The translations under genes were made by a program, and so were the position numbers. 32,000 nucleotides of DNA from Opitutales bacterium (GTDB lineage Bacteria; Verrucomicrobiota; Verrucomicrobiia; Opitutales; PNEW01), in assembly GCA_965219535.1 (NCBI GenBank), contig CBDCNV010000002.1, positions 180,001 through 212,000 on the forward strand. The letters are read 5' to 3'. Positions 26,276 to 32,000 of the stretch are shown here, one piece after another. Under the pieces are notes generated by a model. The model saw only the letters and a program-made list of their open reading frames with translations. It was not told the DNA's origin and did not search any database. Position 1 is the first letter of the stretch. Every line of letters starts with the position of its first letter.

Positions 26276-27468
26276 AGACCCTTTGCAGCGAATGCCATAG
26301 CCTCGCCAATTTTTTCCAGATCCTCTTTTGTATGTCGCGCTGAAATCGCGGTTCGAATAAGAATTTTATTTGGCAAGACAGCGGGTGGGGGGATTATATT
26401 CGTAAATATCCCTTTTTTCATCAGTTTTTTCCAAAAGTAATAAGCGCGTTCTATTTTTCCCAGGACGATAGGGGTCGCCGGCGTCTCTGATCCCCAGATG
26501 TCGAGATCTAAATCTACAAGGAGTTTATGATAATAGCGTGTATTATCCCAGAGGCGTTGTAAATGTTCCGGTTCTGTCTGTATTATATCTAAAGCGGCTT
26601 GGGCGCAAGCGGTCTGGCAGGGACTTAAGGCCGCGCTAAATACTGTTTGTTTAGAATGGGTCCTGAGATATTCAATGATTTCGTTAGAACCGGCGACAAA
26701 CCCGCCGGTACTTCCCATGGATTTAGACATGCTTCCCGCAATGACGTCCACTTGATCGGTTGCACCGAAATGATCTACCGTTCCCCTGCCCTGTTCACCC
26801 AGGACCCCGAAACCATGAGCATCGTCTACGACAAAGAAACAATTTTGGTTTTGGATGACGGTTAAATAGTCGAGGAGATTTGCAATGTGGCCTTCCATTG
26901 AAAAGACCCCTTCGACAACCAGCATTTTTGCAATTTCAGGTGATTCTTTTTCCAGAACTTCCTTCAAACTTTCGGTATTATTGTGGCCGAACCTTTCCAG
27001 ACGAGCTCCGGTATTTGCAATTCCCGCCCAGAGACTGGAGTGAACATTGCGATCGACAATAATCAGATCGCCTTTACGGGCGAAGGATTCAATAGAAGAC
27101 ATGCAAGAGATATAACCTGCTACGCTTACATGGCAGGCTTCCTTCCCGAGAAAGTTTGCCAAATCCGCCTCAAGTTTTTCATGGAAATACCGACTGCCAT
27201 TGGCAAAGCGTGATCCAGTTGTTCCGCCACCCCAATCTTCCAATGCCTTTTTACCCGCTTCGATAACTTTCGGGTGATCGCTCAATCCCAGGTAATCATT
27301 GCTGCTGAGCATGATTAACTCTTTTCCATCAAGCCATACGTGAGAACCTATCTGTTTATCAAATGGCAGATAATAAGGATTGTATTTTAACCGAAGTCGC
27401 GTCTGGTCGTCATTGATACAGCGTTCGACAATACCGTTTCTGGCGCTGGAGGATGTAGAGGTGATCAT
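26272..27468 (-). CDS. PLP-dependent alpha-oxoamine synthase, serine-palmitoyltransferase-like
   Basis: 398 aa with SSNDYLGL and a glycine loop GGGTTGSRFANGS, also VEGVFSMEG and VDDAHGFG. The Schiff-base lysine context is GSMSKSMGSTGG. From memory, the GSRxxNG and SKS contexts are closer to bacterial Spt (GTNGSRMLNG, TFSKS). They are further from BioF, Kbl or ALAS (G-K-A/G contexts). Confidence 0.8.
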   Translation of the reverse strand: MITSTSSSARNGIVERCINDDQTRLRLKYNPYYLPFDKQIGSHVWLDGKELIMLSSNDYLGLSDHPKVIEAGKKALEDWGGGTTGSRFANGSRYFHEKLEADLANFLGKEACHVSVAGYISCMSSIESFARKGDLIIVDRNVHSSLWAGIANTGARLERFGHNNTESLKEVLEKESPEIAKMLVVEGVFSMEGHIANLLDYLTVIQNQNCFFVVDDAHGFGVLGEQGRGTVDHFGATDQVDVIAGSMSKSMGSTGGFVAGSNEIIEYLRTHSKQTVFSAALSPCQTACAQAALDIIQTEPEHLQRLWDNTRYYHKLLVDLDLDIWGSETPATPIVLGKIERAYYFWKKLMKKGIFTNIIPPPAVLPNKILIRTAISARHTKEDLEKIGEAMAFAAKGL

Positions 27469-27717
27469 ATTACGCTTAAAATAGACTTAAAATATAACCT
27501 AAAGCGTGGTCACATTAGGTCAAATGAACACAAATTAAAGGTTCTTATACCGACGAGAAATTCTAGGGTAAAGGATAAAGAACAGCCTTAGATAGCAATT
27601 TGCCCTAATTCCTTTCCCCTGTTCGCTTTCCTCACATTTGCTTGAACAAAACCAGCTTGTCATTCTGCTTTCATCTAATAATTTAGCCACTGTTTTAAAA
27701 TTAAATACGGTAATTTA

Positions 27718-28836
27718 GTGACCAAAAATAAAGAACTTACACCTACCCCACGCATTCTAATGGGCCCTGGGCCCAGTGATGTTCACCCCCGGGTTTTACG
27801 TGCCATGGCTAACCCATTGCTCGGGCACTTGGATCCAGAGTATCTCGGTATTATGGATGAAGTCATGGCCATGCTTAGACTGGTATTCCGTACCGAAAAC
27901 GAACTCACTTTCGCCCTCCCGGCACCTGCCAGCGCGGGGATGGAAGCTGGTTTAGTAAATCTCATTGAACCGGGTGATGATGTTATTATTTGTGTGAACG
28001 GTTTTTTCGGTAACCGGATGAGTGACATCGTCGAGCGCTGTGGGGGCAATTTAGTGCGAGTCGATGCACCTTGGGGTTCTCCCATCGAACCGGAGCAAGT
28101 CCGAAAAGCGCTTGAAACTTGTGCAGCTAAACTGGTCGCTATCGTTCATGCCGAAACATCGACCGGCGTTCTGCAACCGCTTGATGAGATCAGTCAAATC
28201 GTCCATGAGGTCGGTGCACTCTTTCTCGTCGACGCGGTAACCTCGCTCGGTGGAGTCGATGTGCGAGTCGACGAAAGAGGAATCGACGCCATTTACAGCT
28301 GTTCTCAGAAATGTTTAAGTGCCCCACCTGGATTGTCCCCTGTCTCGTTTAGTTCGAAAGCGCTCGCCGTAATTGAAGGGCGTAAGAGCAAAGTGAATAG
28401 CTGGTTTCTTGATTTAAATTTGTTGAAAAAATATTGGGGCGAAGAACGGATGTATCATCACACGGCACCGATCTCATCCTTTTATGCATTATATGAAGCA
28501 TTAAGAATTGTCCTTGAAGAGGGTTTGGATGCCTGTTTTGCCAGACACCAGAAAAATCACGAGTATCTGCGTGACGGATTAGAAAAACTTGGGTTCGAGT
28601 TTATCGTCGCACCTGAATATCGGATTCCCCATCTTAATGCTGTAAGAATCCCACCTGGATTAGATGACCTCGCGACCCGGCGTCGCTTACTCAATGAATG
28701 CAATATCGAAATTGGAGGTGGCCTGGGCGATTTTGCAGGTAAGGTCTGGCGTATCGGCCTTATGGGTTGCAGCAGTTCTGAAAATCATGTAAATTTGTTA
28801 CTGGCTGCTTTGGAAAAACTAATAAAGACTAAATGA
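27718..28836 (+). CDS. Class-V aminotransferase (alanine-glyoxylate / serine-pyruvate aminotransferase family)
   Basis: 372 aa with a GTG start. Motifs are MGPGPSDV at the N-terminus, HAETSTGV and the PLP-lysine context [12 protein letters not shown]. Confidence 0.85.
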   Translation: MTKNKELTPTPRILMGPGPSDVHPRVLRAMANPLLGHLDPEYLGIMDEVMAMLRLVFRTENELTFALPAPASAGMEAGLVNLIEPGDDVIICVNGFFGNRMSDIVERCGGNLVRVDAPWGSPIEPEQVRKALETCAAKLVAIVHAETSTGVLQPLDEISQIVHEVGALFLVDAVTSLGGVDVRVDERGIDAIYSCSQKCLSAPPGLSPVSFSSKALAVIEGRKSKVNSWFLDLNLLKKYWGEERMYHHTAPISSFYALYEALRIVLEEGLDACFARHQKNHEYLRDGLEKLGFEFIVAPEYRIPHLNAVRIPPGLDDLATRRRLLNECNIEIGGGLGDFAGKVWRIGLMGCSSSENHVNLLLAALEKLIKTK

Positions 28837-28837
28837 G

Positions 28838-31750
28838 ATGCTAAAAACTCTAGAGACAAGACCATTAGATTCAAAAGTGGAAGCTTTTGAGAAGGATTTA
28901 AGAAAAAGGGTCAGAGGTGATCTCCATACAGATGAAATGTCACGAGGTCTATACGCGACTGATGCGAGTATTTACCAAATGTTTCCCGTTGCAGTATTTC
29001 TACCCCTCGACGATGAGGATGTTAAAGCAGCGGTGAAGACCGCATTTGAACATGGGATTCCTATTTTACCACGGGGGGGAGGGACAAGCCTCGGTGGTCA
29101 GACAGTAGGCGCCGCGCTTGTTTTGGACTTCTCAAAATACATGAATAAGCTGCTTGAGCTTAATCTGGAAGAGAGTTGGGTTCGCGTTCAACCGGGCATA
29201 GTGCGTGACGAGTTAAATGTGATGCTCGCCGAGCACGACCTGCATCTCTCTATCGACCCCGCCACCGCTAACCGGGCTAATGTCGGTGGCATGATTGGGA
29301 ACAATTCCTCCGGGACCAAGAGTATAATTTACGGTAAAATGGTGGACCAGGTGCTGGAAGCTAAAGTGCTGCTCGCAAATGGTGAAGTCATGGAATACAA
29401 GGAACTTTCTCCCGAGGAATATGAAGAGAAAAAAAGCGGCGATACACGCGAAGCACTTATTTACACGGAGTTCCAAAAGATTGTGGAGGAAAATCGTGAG
29501 GAGATAGAAAAGCGCTATCCAAAAATATTGCGCCGTGTTCAGGGTTATAATCTCGATGAGTTTCATCAATCCAAGCGCTGGAACCTGGCTAAACTGATTA
29601 CGGGCAGTGAAGGAACGCTGATTACTTTGCTTGAAGCAAAAGTTAAATTACAACCGGTTCCAAAAGAGAAAATTTTATGTGTCGCCCACTACGCGGATTT
29701 AATTGAATCGATTAAAGCGGTGCCTTGGATCGTCAAACATCAACCCTCCGCGGTGGAAATACTCGATGGAGGAGTAATAAAGCTCGCTCGTGAGAATCAT
29801 GATTTGGCTCCCTTGTGTTCCTTCATAGAGGGGAACCCTGCAGCGGTCCTTATTGTTGAATTCTTTGGCGACGATAGGGATGAGTTATCCCAGCGTGCCG
29901 AAGCGATGGTAAAGGACCTTACCGGTCGGGGTCTAGGGTACAACTACCCGATATTTTCTGATGCCGGCGATCAGGATCGCATCTGGACCGTTCGGAAAAA
30001 TGGACTCGGTTGTATGCTCGGGATGAAAGGCGAACGCAAACCTTTACCCTTCATTGAAGATGCTGCTGTCCCGGTTGAGGTGCTGCCTGAGTATATCGAA
30101 AAGGTGCTTAAAATATGTGAAAAACATGAAACGCCGGTTATCATGTATGCGCATGCCAGTGTCGGGCTTATCCACGTACGCCCTATTCTCGATTTACGAA
30201 AACAAGAGGATATTGACCGTATGAAAGGCATCGCAGACGATACATTTGAGCTCGTTAAATTTTATGGAGGTTCCTGGAGCGGCGAGCACGGCGACGGACG
30301 CGTTCGCAGTGCCTATCTGGAACGCTTTTATGGCTCTCAAATTTTTCAGCAATTTAAAGAGATTAAAAATCTCTTTGACCCCCAAGGGCTGATGAACCCG
30401 GGTAATATTGTCGATGCATTGCCCATGGATCATCACCTTAGATTTGGCACGAGTTATAAACCCAGCGAGCACAAGGGTCATTTTAAATTCCGCGACGATG
30501 GCAATTTCTTTGAAGCCGTGCACATGTGTAACGGTGTGGGTGCCTGTCGGAAGAAAAATGTCGGCACCATGTGCCCCAGCTATATGGCGACCCTCGACGA
30601 GGAACATACTACCCGTGGCCGTGCTAACGCCTTGCGTCTCGCGATGAGTGGGCAACTAGGCCCTGACGGGATGACGAGTGAGCGGCTGCATGATGTTCTC
30701 GACCTTTGCCTCTCGTGCAAAGCCTGTAAATCCGAATGTCCGAGTAATGTCGATATGGCCAAGCTTAAGAGCGAATTTTTGCAGGGATATTATGATAAGC
30801 ATGGATTGAAACTGATCGATCGTTTGATTGCCGCCTCATCCAAAGCAGCGAAATTTAATTCCGGACTGCTTGCACCACTCGTTAACGCGGTACAGGGTAC
30901 TTTCATTTTTCGAAAAATCCTCGAATGGCTGACGGGTATTGATGCCCGGCGTAAACTGCCTGAATTTACCAGTGAACCCTTTACCAAATGGTTTCAAAAG
31001 CATAACCAAAATAATGGAAAGGGAAATAAAACGAAACGCGTCGTCCTTTTTAATGATACCTATATCAATTATCACGAACCCCATATTGGGCGCGCGGCTA
31101 CTGAACTGCTCGAATCTTGTGGCTACGAAGTGATCCTTGCCCAGGCCGGTTGTTGCCAGCGACCAAGAATTTCTCATGGTCTGCTTGAACTGGCTAAACG
31201 AGACGGGCTCAATACCCTGCGCTCGCTCGATAAATTTATAAAAGAGGGATTGGATGTTGTCATATGCGAACCAAGTTGTGCGACGGCAATGATTGATGAC
31301 CTTCCCGACCTTATTGATGACGAAGAACTCGGAAAGCGAATAAAAGAGCATGTTACAATGATTGACGTCTTTATCGCGCGCGAAATTAAAGCGGGATATA
31401 TTTCTCCAGATTTCAAATCTCCCAGTAAAGACATCCTGATTCATGGGCACTGTCATCAAAAAGCTGTCTTTAGCACTTCCGCAATGAAAGATGTTCTCGG
31501 GCATGTCAATGGATTGAAGGTTAACGAAATTAATTCCGGTTGTTGTGGGATGGCGGGGGCCTTCGGTTATGAAAAGAAGCATTATGATCTTTCGCAGAAA
31601 ATAGGCGGAGAGAGGCTCTACCCGGCTATTCGCAATCGCGATGAAGAGACTACGGTTGTTGCCTGCGGTTTCAGCTGTCGTCACCAAGTTCTCGATGCCT
31701 TTGGCTTCACACCCAAACACTGGGTAGAAGTCGTAAGGGGAAAAAAGTAA
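28838..31750 (+). CDS. FAD-binding oxidase fused to Fe-S/CCG domains (YdiJ / GlcD-GlcF-fusion-like 2-hydroxyacid dehydrogenase)
   Basis: 970 aa. The FAD_binding_4 motif PRGGGTSLGGQ is present. The 4Fe-4S motifs are CNGVGACRKKNVGTMCP and CLSCKACKSECPS. The C-terminal cysteine-rich CCG-type repeats are AGCCQRP and SGCCGMAGAFG. The start codon lies 1 nt after the aminotransferase stop. Confidence 0.85.
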   Translation: MLKTLETRPLDSKVEAFEKDLRKRVRGDLHTDEMSRGLYATDASIYQMFPVAVFLPLDDEDVKAAVKTAFEHGIPILPRGGGTSLGGQTVGAALVLDFSKYMNKLLELNLEESWVRVQPGIVRDELNVMLAEHDLHLSIDPATANRANVGGMIGNNSSGTKSIIYGKMVDQVLEAKVLLANGEVMEYKELSPEEYEEKKSGDTREALIYTEFQKIVEENREEIEKRYPKILRRVQGYNLDEFHQSKRWNLAKLITGSEGTLITLLEAKVKLQPVPKEKILCVAHYADLIESIKAVPWIVKHQPSAVEILDGGVIKLARENHDLAPLCSFIEGNPAAVLIVEFFGDDRDELSQRAEAMVKDLTGRGLGYNYPIFSDAGDQDRIWTVRKNGLGCMLGMKGERKPLPFIEDAAVPVEVLPEYIEKVLKICEKHETPVIMYAHASVGLIHVRPILDLRKQEDIDRMKGIADDTFELVKFYGGSWSGEHGDGRVRSAYLERFYGSQIFQQFKEIKNLFDPQGLMNPGNIVDALPMDHHLRFGTSYKPSEHKGHFKFRDDGNFFEAVHMCNGVGACRKKNVGTMCPSYMATLDEEHTTRGRANALRLAMSGQLGPDGMTSERLHDVLDLCLSCKACKSECPSNVDMAKLKSEFLQGYYDKHGLKLIDRLIAASSKAAKFNSGLLAPLVNAVQGTFIFRKILEWLTGIDARRKLPEFTSEPFTKWFQKHNQNNGKGNKTKRVVLFNDTYINYHEPHIGRAATELLESCGYEVILAQAGCCQRPRISHGLLELAKRDGLNTLRSLDKFIKEGLDVVICEPSCATAMIDDLPDLIDDEELGKRIKEHVTMIDVFIAREIKAGYISPDFKSPSKDILIHGHCHQKAVFSTSAMKDVLGHVNGLKVNEINSGCCGMAGAFGYEKKHYDLSQKIGGERLYPAIRNRDEETTVVACGFSCRHQVLDAFGFTPKHWVEVVRGKK

Positions 31751-31940
31751 TGTCGCTAAGATAAAGACGCGGCCACGACGGAGCGACATCTTCCATTCCA
31801 GGCGAATAGTCAATGTGATTACAAATACCAGTCTCCGATCAATAAATATGTGCATCTTATTGTATAATGTAGATCGGCATTCGTCTACTGAGCGAAGCCT
31901 TGCATTCAGGGACTGCGAATACGCAACAGACATTCCCCTG

Positions 31941-31972
31941 GATTGCTTCGTCGCTTCACTCCTCGCAATGAC
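31941..31972. repeat. Copy of a short dispersed repeat whose reverse strand translates VIARSEATKQ
   Basis: GATTGCTTCGTCGCTTCACTCCTCGCAATGAC translates DCFVASLLAMT on the plus strand. The reverse complement GTCATTGCGAGGAGTGAAGCGACGAAGCAATC gives VIARSEATKQ, SLRGVKRRSN and HCEE.. in its three frames. I recognise these peptides from recurrent spurious ORFs in many phyla. It sits at the window edge, so its copy number is unknown. Confidence 0.35.
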
Positions 31973-32000
31973 AATAGGGACGAAGAGGCGAACAAAGACG

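Noticed and set aside
26272-27468. Annotating the alpha-oxoamine synthase simply as BioF or Kbl
   Set aside because: No bio or tdh genes are adjacent, it is translationally coupled to a GT9, and the glycine-loop and lysine contexts look Spt-like. The family-level call is kept, and the specific substrate is left open pending phylogeny.
30836-31933. 365-aa minus-strand ORF
   Set aside because: It lies almost entirely antisense to the strongly supported FAD/Fe-S oxidoreductase gene. Its composition is odd and it has no recognisable motifs, so it is a shadow ORF.

Overview
This is a roughly 42-45% GC bacterial chromosome segment by spot counts. The gene content suggests a PVC-type organism (Verrucomicrobiota or Lentisphaerota), but that is only a guess.

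Layout:
- 1-5.8 kb, housekeeping: a partial rhomboid-like gene, a small ferredoxin, trkH-trkA and purE-purK.
- 5.9-11.3 kb, a likely plus-strand operon: an OleC-like adenylate-forming ligase, an OleD-like 3beta-HSD/SDR reductase, a GT2 and a membrane-anchored helical-repeat protein.
- 11.3-13.6 kb: one large secreted protein with discoidin-like and FecR-like domains and a C-terminal (Glu-Pro)19 tract.
- 13.8-21.4 kb, a decaying exosortase/EPS locus: an outer-membrane beta-barrel candidate, a degenerate GC-rich IS3-family element, a 5'-truncated Wzc-type tyrosine autokinase, a frameshifted O-antigen-ligase-like gene, and an intact exosortase with a fused EpsI-like domain.
- 21.7-27.5 kb, a private lipid module placed head-to-head with the exosortase: an ACP-FabZ-like fusion, a KAS I/II, a GT4, and on the opposite strand a serine-palmitoyltransferase-like alpha-oxoamine synthase translationally coupled to a GT9.
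- 27.7-31.8 kb: a class-V aminotransferase coupled to a YdiJ-like FAD/Fe-S oxidoreductase.
- Right edge: one copy of a widespread short repeat.

I recognised no rRNA, tRNA or CRISPR array.

The most interesting hypothesis is inference only. The exosortase may be functionally tied to an adjacent pathway that makes an amine-bearing, sphingoid-like glycolipid. The OleC/OleD-like pair may belong to the same envelope-lipid programme rather than to olefin synthesis.
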